From Patescibacteria group bacterium (GTDB lineage Bacteria; Patescibacteriota; Minisyncoccia; Phycocordibacterales; SIBU01): 64,000 bases of DNA. Below the pieces are notes generated by a model. That model did not search any database. It saw only the letters and a program-made list of their open reading frames with translations, and had not been told where the DNA came from. Both the position numbers and the translations under genes were made by a program. Where the stretch lies: the NCBI GenBank assembly GCA_038063715.1, contig JBBTUO010000007.1, positions 1,540 through 65,539 on the forward strand, in the 5' to 3' direction. Positions 19,507 to 28,257 of the stretch are shown piece after piece (positions within the stretch are counted from its first letter, which is position 1; every line of letters begins with the position of its first letter).

Positions 19507-20775
19507 CTATCGAATAGATTTTTTACCGATATCTTTTCGGTATTGCATTCCCAAAAAAGAAATTTTTTCTAAACTTTTGTAAGCTGAAGAAAGCGCCGAT
19601 TCCAGCGTAGTGCCAGTCGCAGTTACTCCTAAAACGCGTCCCCCCGCGGTAACAATTTTTTTGCCCAAAGCTTTCGTGCCTGCATGAAAAACCACAGTAT
19701 CGCTATTCTTTTCCGCATCTCGAATACCCGTGATTTCATCGCCCTTTCTAGTTTCTTCGGGGTAGTTTTCGGCGGCCGCAACAACGCAACAGGCATAGCC
19801 TGATTTCCATTGTATATTCGTTTTACTCAATTTTCCATCAATACAGGACTCAATAACATTGATAATATCGCTATCCAAAAGTCTCATAAATGATTGGGTT
19901 TCCGGATCGCCAAATCGGGCATTGAATTCAAGTACTCGTATTCCATCCCCTGTGACCATAATTCCTGGGAAAAGAACTCCTCGAAACTCTCGGCCTCCTT
20001 TTGCCAAACCGCGAATCGTCGGGATCACAACCTTGTCTTTTATTTCCACCATTAAAGATTCGGTTACCCAAGGCACTGGCACGATGGTGCCCATGCCACC
20101 CGTGTTTGGTCCTTGATCATTTTCATGAATACGTTTGTGATCCTGGGCCGGCGGAAACAAAATAATTGATTCGCCATCAGAAAAAGCGTGTATAGAAATT
20201 TCTTGACCGTCTAAAAATTCTTCGATAACAATCTCGTTTCCAGCATCACCGAAAATCTTTTCATTCATACATGAATCGAGAACCTCAAGCGCCTCTTTTT
20301 CATTCTGTACTATACTCACACCTTTGCCGAAAGCCAGACCGCTTGCCTTTATCACTAGCGGGAATTTTTGCGTCTGAATATATGACTTGGCTTTTTCATA
20401 TTTAGTAAATATCTGACACGCAGCGGTAGGAATCCCCTCTTCAGCCATAAATTGCTTAGCAAAGCTTTTTGACCATTCAATTTGAGACGCTCGTTTTGTG
20501 GGACCAAAAACTCTGATATTTTTCGATTGTAAATAATCGACTATACCGTCAGCCAGCAAATTGTCCGGACCAACAATCACTAGATCTATTTTTTGTTGTA
20601 CACAAAAATCGGCAACCGAAGCATGGTTGCCTAAGTCGAGATCAATATTTTCTACGCCTTGCGCTGTACCCGGATTACCTGGCGCGACAAAAAGTTTCTC
20701 GACCCTCGGAGATTGTTTACACTTCCACGCGAGTGCGTGTTCTCGTCCACCGCTTCCTAAGATGAGGATGTTCAT
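19507..20775 (-). CDS. purD: Phosphoribosylamine--glycine ligase
   Basis: GSGGREHALAW, APGNPG, QDHKR...GPNTGGMG, EFNARFGDPETQ, GGRVL, YRKDIG. Confidence 0.97.
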   Translation of the reverse strand: MNILILGSGGREHALAWKCKQSPRVEKLFVAPGNPGTAQGVENIDLDLGNHASVADFCVQQKIDLVIVGPDNLLADGIVDYLQSKNIRVFGPTKRASQIEWSKSFAKQFMAEEGIPTAACQIFTKYEKAKSYIQTQKFPLVIKASGLAFGKGVSIVQNEKEALEVLDSCMNEKIFGDAGNEIVIEEFLDGQEISIHAFSDGESIILFPPAQDHKRIHENDQGPNTGGMGTIVPVPWVTESLMVEIKDKVVIPTIRGLAKGGREFRGVLFPGIMVTGDGIRVLEFNARFGDPETQSFMRLLDSDIINVIESCIDGKLSKTNIQWKSGYACCVVAAAENYPEETRKGDEITGIRDAEKNSDTVVFHAGTKALGKKIVTAGGRVLGVTATGTTLESALSSAYKSLEKISFLGMQYRKDIGKKSIR

Positions 20776-21107
20776 GGGATTTTGATCTACTGAAAGCGCC
20801 GGGAAGTTCGACCCTTACAGGGTCAGTACCCCGATTGGTTTTTCTGGCACGCTTCGCTTCCAGAAAAAGCTCAATCGGGCTTCGATTCCCGGACGACTGT
20901 GCTCCCAGCACATTCTCGCCCTCGCTTCACTTGCTTAAAGCATCGAGGAATCTGTCACAACTCTTCTGCTTCGCTAAAGCTCCGCCACGAAGGTCGCGAC
21001 CCCGCCTCGCCGTCGCAAAGCGACATGCTCCGGCCTTCGATTCCCGGACGCGAGCAAAGCAGTTTGCTCGCTCTCCCCTCACTTCACTACGCCTAGCTCC
21101 GTTTCGT

Positions 21108-21178
21108 TCGGGGCGCCGGGAATCGAACCCGGGCCGCATGATCCCAAATCATGAATACTACCGCTATAATACGCCCCG
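21108..21178 (-). tRNA. tRNA-Pro(TGG), no encoded CCA
   Basis: CGGGGCGTATTATAGCGGTAGTATTCATGA-TTTGGGA-TCATGCGGCCCGGGTTCGATTCCCGGCGCCCCGA. Confidence 0.95.
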
Positions 21179-21230
21179 TAGAAACCACAGCTTATCATAA
21201 AAACTAAAAAACAGCCAAGAGGCCTTTTTT

Positions 21231-21638
21231 CTATAAAATTAGATCTTCCAAAATTTTTAATCTTGCAATTTTGTTTTTCGAATCAAGCAAAACGGTAACA
21301 ACATCAAATTGCCACTCGGTCTCCTCCCCCACCCTTTTTTCTAATAAATAAACTTGTATGGCTCGCGAGAGGCGTTTCAGCTTCCAAGGATGGACATTGT
21401 CCTCAGGCCTAGAACTGTCCGCTGTTTCAGGTGTAACATTCAAAAGATCCTCGCGGGACACGGTTTTTACTTCAACAAAGTGGATCCTCCCAGCCTTTTT
21501 AACAATTACGTCTATTTCTCCAAATTTCCTTCTATAGTTCCTGTCGATGACATCATAGCCCTTATTCACAAGGAATTTAGAGGCTATTTCCTCTCCCAAA
21601 GCCCCTATTTTCTGCTTTTCAGTAGGCTCTCGTTTCAT
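21231..21638 (-). CDS. yraN: YraN/UPF0102 family nuclease-like protein
   Basis: GALGEEIA, RNYRRKFGEIDVI, HFVEVKT, FDVV. Confidence 0.92.
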   Translation of the reverse strand: MKREPTEKQKIGALGEEIASKFLVNKGYDVIDRNYRRKFGEIDVIVKKAGRIHFVEVKTVSREDLLNVTPETADSSRPEDNVHPWKLKRLSRAIQVYLLEKRVGEETEWQFDVVTVLLDSKNKIARLKILEDLIL

Positions 21639-21893
21639 AAGAAACCTTAATTAATGTTTTCACGTGAAACATTCGCTGTTTTTTATGAATAAAAGCATGT
21701 CTTTTTTAAAATACCTATATTTTAAAGCGTTTAATGGTATTTTGATGTGAAAATTCTGCTAACTCTGCAAGTGTCCTTTATACACACATCCCCACAGTTA
21801 TCCCCAGTTTTACTGTTTTTTCCTTAAAATAAGCCGTTTTGGGTAGGGGATAAGAAGTGGGTAAATCGTGTCCTTTTAGAATTATTTGAATTG

Positions 21894-21964
21894 TGCGGGT
21901 GCCGGGAATCGAACCCGGGACTAAATCTTGGCAAGATCTCGTTTTACCACTAAACCACACCCGC
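21894..21964 (-). tRNA. tRNA-Gly(GCC), no encoded CCA
   Basis: GCGGGTGTGGTTTAGTGGTAAAACGAGATC-TTGCCAA-GATTTAGTCCCGGGTTCGATTCCCGGCACCCGCA. Confidence 0.95.
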
Positions 21965-21968
21965 AATT

Positions 21969-22634
21969 TTATTTTGAAACAGAAAGATCCTCGGAGGCCA
22001 GTTGCAACCATGCTAACATCTTTTCTTTAAAATATCTATTGTGGAAAGCGACATTACAAACTCCATAGCTTAATCGACGAACTGAACTCTTGCCTTTAAT
22101 TGTAATACTATTACGAAAATTACTTTCACCTAAAGTAATTTTTTCCTTCCAAAAATTCCTACAAACATCGTCTTTTAAATCCGGGTAAAGCAACAACCAC
22201 ACAGTAATTTTTTCAACTTCAATTTTGCAAATTTCTCTTAAAAACCTAATGAAAACCTTGATCATTAGGGGTTCGGTATTCGCAATACCACAGCGATATT
22301 TTGACCTCTTATCTCCTTCGCCCCAATAAATCATTAAACCGGCTATAAATAGGGGATTTGTGCGAAATTTTTTGTACTCATCTTTGGCTTCACGCCTTGC
22401 GTCATCATACGAATCAGTCAGCTTTTTCATCCTTGCCGTGTGCATAAGTTTTAATTTGTAAGAATTTTTTGTTGACGCTTTGGAAGCCAGCCGAGATTTT
22501 ATTTCACTCGACCAAGCCTCATTCTTAAACCAATCTGACAAAATCGCCATGGACATGCCCAATATTTTCCTGATCTCCTGATAACTCCTGCCTTGCTTCC
22601 TCAATTCAAATGCTTTTTGTTTATCGAATCGCAT
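21969..22634 (-). CDS. HTH + LAGLIDADG-like protein abutting tRNA-Gly(GCC)
   Basis: AFELRKQGRSYQEI...LSDWF HTH; AGLMIYWGEGDK; NTEPLMI; LLLYPD; FW; YGVC; stop codon 4 nt from the tRNA 5' end. Confidence 0.75.
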   Translation of the reverse strand: MRFDKQKAFELRKQGRSYQEIRKILGMSMAILSDWFKNEAWSSEIKSRLASKASTKNSYKLKLMHTARMKKLTDSYDDARREAKDEYKKFRTNPLFIAGLMIYWGEGDKRSKYRCGIANTEPLMIKVFIRFLREICKIEVEKITVWLLLYPDLKDDVCRNFWKEKITLGESNFRNSITIKGKSSVRRLSYGVCNVAFHNRYFKEKMLAWLQLASEDLSVSK

Positions 22635-22719
22635 AAACAGTATTATATAACATCTAATAGATAGTTCAATATCAATTATTTCGGATTTTGTGTATAATAA
22701 TTAAATTAACAAATAAACT

Positions 22720-22791
22720 GCGCCTATAGTGAAATGGATATCATACCTGCCTTCGAAGCAGATGTTCCAGGTTCGAATCCTGGTGGGCGCA
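22720..22791 (+). tRNA. tRNA-Arg(TCG), no encoded CCA
   Basis: GCGCCTATAGTGAAATGGATATCATACCTGC-CTTCGAA-GCAGATGTTCCAGGTTCGAATCCTGGTGGGCGCA. Confidence 0.94.
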
Positions 22792-22798
22792 CAAAATT

Positions 22799-24295
22799 AT
22801 GAAGAAAAGTGAGCATTTCGATCTCCCCGAAGAAGTAGTGACGATTGCAAAAACCCTTAAAACGGCTAATTTTCAGGCCTATTTGATCGGAGGCTGTGTT
22901 CGAGACATTCTACTCGATCGTAAACCGAAAGATTGGGATTTCACAACAAATGCTACACCGGAAGAAATAATAAAGCTGTTTCCAAAAACTTTTTATGAAA
23001 ACGCCTATGGAACTGTCGGGGTTGTGAATGAAACTGCTACCGATGAAACACTTAAGGTTGTGGAGATAACTCCATACCGCCTAGAAGCAACCTACAAAGA
23101 TTTTCGTCGCCCAAGCGAAGTAAAGTGGAGCGATAAATTGGAAGACGATCTACAGCGGCGAGATTTTACAATTAACGCTATCGCGCTTGAGATCGGTGAA
23201 AAAGTAGGGGATTCGTATAAGAGACAATTGACTGACCTATATAAAGGACAAGAGGATTTGGCTCGTAAAACTGTAAAGACCGTGGGCGACCCTCATGACC
23301 GTTTCAGCGAGGACGCCCTGAGAATGCTCAGGGCGATCCGAATCGCCACCGAACTTGGTTTCACCATTGATACTGAAACGGCTTCAGCTATAGCTAAATA
23401 CGCTCATTTACTTAAGGAAATAGCCCAGGAACGCATTCGGGATGAGTTTGTAAGGATAATAATGTCTGACAACCCTATGGTTGGCGTTATTTTGTGTCAA
23501 AAGCTCGGTATTTTGCAATATGTTGCACATGAAACAGAGAAGGCCATCGGAATAGAGCAAAACCAGGCCCACGCTTTTGATGTTTGGGAGCACCTCCTAC
23601 GATCGCTCCAACACGCTGCTGACAAGAAATGGCCCCTAGAAATAAGGCTTGCAGCCCTGTTTCATGATATTTCCAAGCCTGAAACACGAAGATCGTCTCC
23701 GAAAACAAAGTGGACATTCTACGGCCACGAAGTGGTTGGTTCACGTGTAACCAAGAAAATTCTTGAAAGACTCAAGTTCCCATCAAAAACCATTGAGACG
23801 GTCACGAAACTGGTTCGCTGGCACATGTTTTTCTCTGATACGGAGCAAATCACACCATCTGCCGTGAGACGCCTAATTGCCAAGGTGGGTAAGGACAATG
23901 TCTGGGATCTGATGAATCTACGCATCTGTGACCGAATAGGCACTGGCAGACCTAAAGAAAACCCTTACCGACTACGCAAATATAAGGCAATGATTGAAGA
24001 GGTAATGAGGGATCCGGTATCAGTGGGGATGCTTAAAATTGATGGAAACAAGTTAACTGATGTTACACATGTAACACCTGGACCTAAAATAGGGCAAATA
24101 TTGAACGCTTTGCTTGAGGAGGTGCTTGAAAATCCGAAACTCAATACCGAGGAATACCTAGAGAATAGGGCGGTGGAACTATCAAAGGTTTCAGATGAAA
24201 CACTAAAAACGCTCGCTGATAAGGGAAAAGAGGCCAAAAATGAGCTCGAGGAGGAGAGTATTAAGGAAATTAGAGACAAATATAAGGTGGAGTAG
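22799..24295 (+). CDS. cca: CCA-adding tRNA nucleotidyltransferase with HD domain
   Basis: GGCVRD...DWD, RRDFTINA, EDALRMLRAIR, ERIRDE, ALFHDISKP. Confidence 0.93.
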   Translation: MKKSEHFDLPEEVVTIAKTLKTANFQAYLIGGCVRDILLDRKPKDWDFTTNATPEEIIKLFPKTFYENAYGTVGVVNETATDETLKVVEITPYRLEATYKDFRRPSEVKWSDKLEDDLQRRDFTINAIALEIGEKVGDSYKRQLTDLYKGQEDLARKTVKTVGDPHDRFSEDALRMLRAIRIATELGFTIDTETASAIAKYAHLLKEIAQERIRDEFVRIIMSDNPMVGVILCQKLGILQYVAHETEKAIGIEQNQAHAFDVWEHLLRSLQHAADKKWPLEIRLAALFHDISKPETRRSSPKTKWTFYGHEVVGSRVTKKILERLKFPSKTIETVTKLVRWHMFFSDTEQITPSAVRRLIAKVGKDNVWDLMNLRICDRIGTGRPKENPYRLRKYKAMIEEVMRDPVSVGMLKIDGNKLTDVTHVTPGPKIGQILNALLEEVLENPKLNTEEYLENRAVELSKVSDETLKTLADKGKEAKNELEEESIKEIRDKYKVE

Positions 24296-24772
24296 TAGCA
24301 AAATGTCGGGGAGGATTTCAATTTCGAGTACAGTTCGAGGCGGGAGTTCAATTTGTGACTAAGCTGTACAGTAGTACTGCGAAGGAGCAAATTGGGCTCC
24401 CAACGATGAAATGTGCCGAAATTGGAATCCGACAAAGAGAAAACCGCCTATGGGCGGTCTTTGTCGTTAGAACATGTTTACAAAATTCATCCGGTGATAA
24501 ATCCTGGGAACATGCTCTAAATTCAAATTGGCACAAAAGCGGTTTTAAGATAGGAGATCCTGTCTTGTTTACTTGATTTAGGTTTGAAAAATATAATCCG
24601 AAAGTGAGAAAAAATGAGAAAATATTTTCAAACGAAAAGCGAAACTGTCAGGGATCTCAAAATAGAGAGTAGATTCTCAAAGAACATTTATTGGGGAAGC
24701 ACATCTTCACACCAACGACTACTTCTCTATGAAATAGTATACACCCTATCAAGGACATGTAAAAGACATACC

Positions 24773-24781
24773 TGTGGATAA
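24773..24781 (-). promoter_or_regulatory. Consensus DnaA box
   Basis: TGTGGATAA (= TTATCCACA); another perfect box at 44118-44126. Confidence 0.45.
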
Positions 24782-24826
24782 CTCTATTTCTTTTTGTCCT
24801 TTATAAAAGACAGCCGTTTTGGGCCT

Positions 24827-25642
24827 CTATATAAGGCCATTGTCCGGTCGCGTTGAAATTTCTTTTTTAGTTTCTGAGTCTAATCTTTTCGCTTCCGCCC
24901 ACGCAAGCTCATAAATTTTTTTCATTGCGTCGGCAATTTCTTCGCTTTCAATAATAATCCCGAGCTTCTCTCGCCACGACGCGATCATCACTTTGTTATC
25001 GTAGATATTTATTTCTGGAGAAAAATAATATTTCTCCGATGACACAAGTGCGGTTTCTCGTTTCTCATCTTTGTCCTGTTTTTTTCGTTCTCGCCCAATA
25101 GTTGTTTCCGGAACAATTGCACGAATTGAGATATTTTTCTCCGCTCTCTGTTTGTAATACTTCGGGAAATAGTTGGGGAGTGCTTTATGCATGTCATCTA
25201 CATTTGCATAGGCCCGAATAGGCTCGGAGCTCGTCAAAGTATCTTCATATACGTATTCAAGACCATCTGTTCCCTCGTAAAATCGGATCTTTGGGCGATT
25301 TTCAAGAGAGTAGAGAACATTCAGCTCCGGCAATATTTTTTCTGACTGTTTAATAAAGCCTTCGGTCTGTGAAATTTGCCGTTTCAAATATTCTGTAACG
25401 GCCGTTGGTGGTTCAGGTGCATATTCCTGCTTTGGCTCCTTCCCAGACACGCTGGCCAACTTTTTACTAACTAAAGAGCCGAGAATATCGTAGCCGGTAG
25501 TGCGATTTATCCCTGCCTTGAGTGAAATCTTGGAAACCGTCGCCCTTCCAAGTTCGAGTAGGGCAATATAGACATCAACTTCTTTTTCGCTAAAACCAAA
25601 TGACTGAAGGTTGATTTTTAGTTGGGTGTATTTCTGTTCCAT
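24827..25642 (-). CDS. TrmB-family transcriptional regulator
   Basis: FGFSEKEVDVYIALLELG...INRTTGYDILGSL; FYEGTDG; INIYDNKV...IYELAW. Confidence 0.9.
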   Translation of the reverse strand: MEQKYTQLKINLQSFGFSEKEVDVYIALLELGRATVSKISLKAGINRTTGYDILGSLVSKKLASVSGKEPKQEYAPEPPTAVTEYLKRQISQTEGFIKQSEKILPELNVLYSLENRPKIRFYEGTDGLEYVYEDTLTSSEPIRAYANVDDMHKALPNYFPKYYKQRAEKNISIRAIVPETTIGRERKKQDKDEKRETALVSSEKYYFSPEINIYDNKVMIASWREKLGIIIESEEIADAMKKIYELAWAEAKRLDSETKKEISTRPDNGLI

Positions 25643-25758
25643 GCGGTAAGCATATCAAAAATGCCTGATTGTGTCAATTATTTTCCACAAAAATACGCCT
25701 TATTGCCTAAATAGATTGATAAATATGGCTATTTCTATATTTAAAATGACGATTATAT

Positions 25759-25787
25759 TTGACAATAAATAGAATATTGGGTATAGT
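25759..25787 (+). promoter_or_regulatory. Sigma-70 promoter of the radical SAM gene
   Basis: TTGACA-N17-TATAGT. Confidence 0.7.
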
Positions 25788-25990
25788 TATGCAAGATAAG
25801 TTTCGGTAGCTCATTGAAATGCGCACTCAATAATTCATAGTGAAAGCACCGTTTCGATAGATGGAAGGTGGGTGTACTCTAGAGCCCACCACCCATCTAT
25901 CGAGTGAGGCAAAAAGCCGATTCTGCCAACGCAGGATTAGAAAAATCACAATTACGATGATTTTTCTTCATAGAATAGGTGCTCTCCGCT

Positions 25991-27232
25991 ATGAAAAACA
26001 TCTTCCCGAACGTCCCCGCCTCCCTTCCAAGAAAAAGTGAATTGCCTCCGAACGGCACATGTCGCATGATCTGGAAGTGGAGCTACCCCGCCACAAGAAT
26101 GAGGGAAACGGTTGTAATCAAGGGAGAGGTTGTAAAAAAACTTCTTACCCTCGACCTCAACATTCCCGAATCCGGGTTTGCAACAAAAGTGAACAATGCA
26201 TCGCTCGCTGATGCAAAGAACATTTTTGTCGCAAACTACCCGTGCCCACACAAGTGTCCGGGCTGTTTCAACAACGCTGAGCTCCACAATCCAATCCTTA
26301 CCTTGGAAGAGATTTGGGGTATTGTGGACCAGGCGCTGGAACTCGGTCTCGAATCGGTAAAGTTTCTTGGGCCAGGCGAACTTCTCGCCAACCCTGAGAT
26401 CTTCACGGTTCTTGACGGGTTCCGCAGACGGAACATCGTGGTCGGCATCTTCACCAAGGGAGCAATAATGGGAAATGATGTGCTTGCATATCATTACCAT
26501 GGGATGAGTTCGGAAGAATTCACTCGCAAGCTCGTGTCATACCCGAATATGACATTCCTTGTTGGGGGCCGGTCATTCGACCCCCACTTCGAGAACCTCT
26601 TCATTCCGAGGAATGAAAGGCAGATCGATGTGAAGTTCGACTACCACGCTGCGCGCGGACTCGCTATTGAGCGACTTTGCAAATCTGGAATGAATGCTGA
26701 CCTTGAGAAACCTAGGCTGGCAATCATCTGTAGTCCAGTGACTTCCCAAAACATTGGTTGCGTGGGTGAGATATACAAATGGGGTGCCGAAAGGAACATC
26801 CCTGTGTATCTTCCACCAACGATGGTATCTGGGAAAGGCCATAAACTGGTGAAAAGTGCTTCGGACAAAAAATTCGAGGATGACTACATCAAATTGGCCG
26901 CCGATGTTTACACTTGGGCGATTGAGCGGGGAGTTATGACCCTCGAACAATTCGAACAAGAGGGGCCACATCCCTACATCGGAGTTGCACCCTGCAACCA
27001 GCTCACTCACGGCCTCTACGTTCACTACGACGGAGCGGTGTGGCGTTGCCCCGGTAACGACACACCCGACTTCGTGGTAAATGAGAACATCCGCAACACA
27101 CCTCTCGTTGAAATCTGGCGTGGTAGCAAAAACTACCGCATCAACAAATTCAACAACGGATGTGTGAAGGATGACATCTCGCTACCTCGCCGGTTTTATC
27201 GCGAGGTGAAGGACAAGGTTCAACGGCAGTAG
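25991..27232 (+). CDS. Radical SAM protein with C-terminal SPASM/twitch-like domain
   Basis: CPHKCPGC (CxxxCxxC), GPGE, C-terminal CNQ...DGAVWRCPG...NIRNTPLVEIW...C; start could be 25979 (GTG). Confidence 0.88.
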   Translation: MKNIFPNVPASLPRKSELPPNGTCRMIWKWSYPATRMRETVVIKGEVVKKLLTLDLNIPESGFATKVNNASLADAKNIFVANYPCPHKCPGCFNNAELHNPILTLEEIWGIVDQALELGLESVKFLGPGELLANPEIFTVLDGFRRRNIVVGIFTKGAIMGNDVLAYHYHGMSSEEFTRKLVSYPNMTFLVGGRSFDPHFENLFIPRNERQIDVKFDYHAARGLAIERLCKSGMNADLEKPRLAIICSPVTSQNIGCVGEIYKWGAERNIPVYLPPTMVSGKGHKLVKSASDKKFEDDYIKLAADVYTWAIERGVMTLEQFEQEGPHPYIGVAPCNQLTHGLYVHYDGAVWRCPGNDTPDFVVNENIRNTPLVEIWRGSKNYRINKFNNGCVKDDISLPRRFYREVKDKVQRQ

Positions 27233-27268
27233 TTCTGCCACACGCTCTGGAGAATAGCGTCCAACTCC

Positions 27269-27300
27269 AACCTCGCAAGCAATTGCGAGGTTTTTCTTTT
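27269..27300 (+). terminator. Terminator after radical SAM gene
   Basis: AACCTCGCAA-GCAA-TTGCGAGGTT-TTTCTTTT. Confidence 0.75.
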
Positions 27301-27301
27301 G

Positions 27302-27385
27302 CCCAGTTTTGCCCGCGCTACTCCGTGGTCGCAACAACTGAGGCCGTCGCACATACCTCTTTATCCATGGTTCGACGCAACTTGA
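27302..27385 (+). repeat. REP-like hairpin repeat, copy 1 (degenerate)
   Basis: CCCAGTTTTGCCCGCGCTACTCCGTGGTCGCAACAACTGAGGCCGTCGCAC. Confidence 0.75.
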
Positions 27386-27396
27386 TCAGAACCATT

Positions 27397-27416
27397 TACT
27401 TTAGTTAACTAAAGTA
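27397..27416. repeat. TACTTTAGTTAACTAAAGTA palindrome
   Basis: Perfect 20-bp palindrome. Confidence 0.85.
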
Positions 27417-27564
27417 TCCGTAAAGAAGTTTTATTCAACATTAAAAACTAAAAGTATTCTTGTTACGAACTTGATAATTTTTTTAAAAAATTAATTTTCA
27501 AAATCAAAATAGAAAAAGAAGAGCCCGTCGCTTGTGTGCGACGGGCTTTGTGAAAGTTCACGGA

Positions 27565-27972
27565 TCAACTTGCCGGAGGGGAGACCGGAACAACGAGCGG
27601 AACCGGGAGACAAGCGCCCAGGAAATTGTCACTGGGATTAAGCAGGCGGCGAAGAACGAAACCGTGAGAGATAATTGCGCCATCGGCACAGGGCACTGTG
27701 CCCGCCTGGCCATTGGGACACAAACTTTCGATGATATCCATGGCGCCACCCTCGTTCAGCGCCTTGGCCGAGGCTAACCAAACTACACCGTTGGTGGTGA
27801 CCACGACCAAAAGGCCAGCGTCTACGTTCCAGCAGCCGAGGGCGCTGGAAGAGATTTGGCCACCATCGGTAAGGCGAGCGCCAGCCATTTTCATGACGGG
27901 CAAGCCGGTGACGTTGACAAAACCGAGAGGTGCCAAAAGGTCCTCTCCTAACAAGGTGCTGTGTGTGCTCAT
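27565..27972 (-). CDS. Hypothetical protein (GC-richer, stand-alone)
   Basis: ORF from MSTHSTLL; terminator-like GCCCGTCGC-TTGTGT-GCGACGGGC at about 27523-27546. Confidence 0.6.
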   Translation of the reverse strand: MSTHSTLLGEDLLAPLGFVNVTGLPVMKMAGARLTDGGQISSSALGCWNVDAGLLVVVTTNGVVWLASAKALNEGGAMDIIESLCPNGQAGTVPCADGAIISHGFVLRRLLNPSDNFLGACLPVPLVVPVSPPAS

Positions 27973-28257
27973 AAGTGCGTGGGGGGGGGTAACAGGTTTA
28001 TCTGATTGTCCGAGCAATTCGAACTATTTTCGAGTCTAACATATTTTAAACTCACTGTCAAGTAAAACTATGGAATAGGGCTTTCCTAGATAGAATTTAT
28101 CTTGAGCCCTTGTCCAACCTTTTCGCCTCCGTCCACGCCAATTCGTAAATTTTTTTCATCGCGTCAGCGATCCACTAGCTCTCAATTTGGAAAAATGTCG
28201 CAATCTATTGGAAATTTTGTAGCGTGTCATTCCACACACATTTGATATACTTTTTTA

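Larger units (their letters stand above)
21423..24202. promoter_or_regulatory. Cluster of parS-like 16-mers
   Basis: 21423 TGTTTCAGGTGTAACA; 21656 GTTTTCACGTGAAACA; 23521 TGTTGCACATGAAACA; 23737 TGGTTCACGTGTAACC; 24061 TGTTACACATGTAACA; 24187 GGTTTCAGATGAAACA, versus consensus TGTTNCACGTGAAACA. Confidence 0.65.

Noticed and set aside
15677-21200. Short ORFs over tRNAs and their trailers (15677-15958, 20835-21200, 20927-21139)
   Set aside because: They overlap tRNA genes and GC hairpins and have no protein-like features.
15877-22791. tRNA introns hosting the LAGLIDADG-like genes
   Set aside because: All four tRNAs are contiguous 71-72-nt cloverleaves and the ORFs lie outside them.
24300-24760. 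Gene or pseudogene between cca and TrmB
   Set aside because: Interrupted frames exist on both strands but show no recognisable homology or convincing start. Left unannotated.
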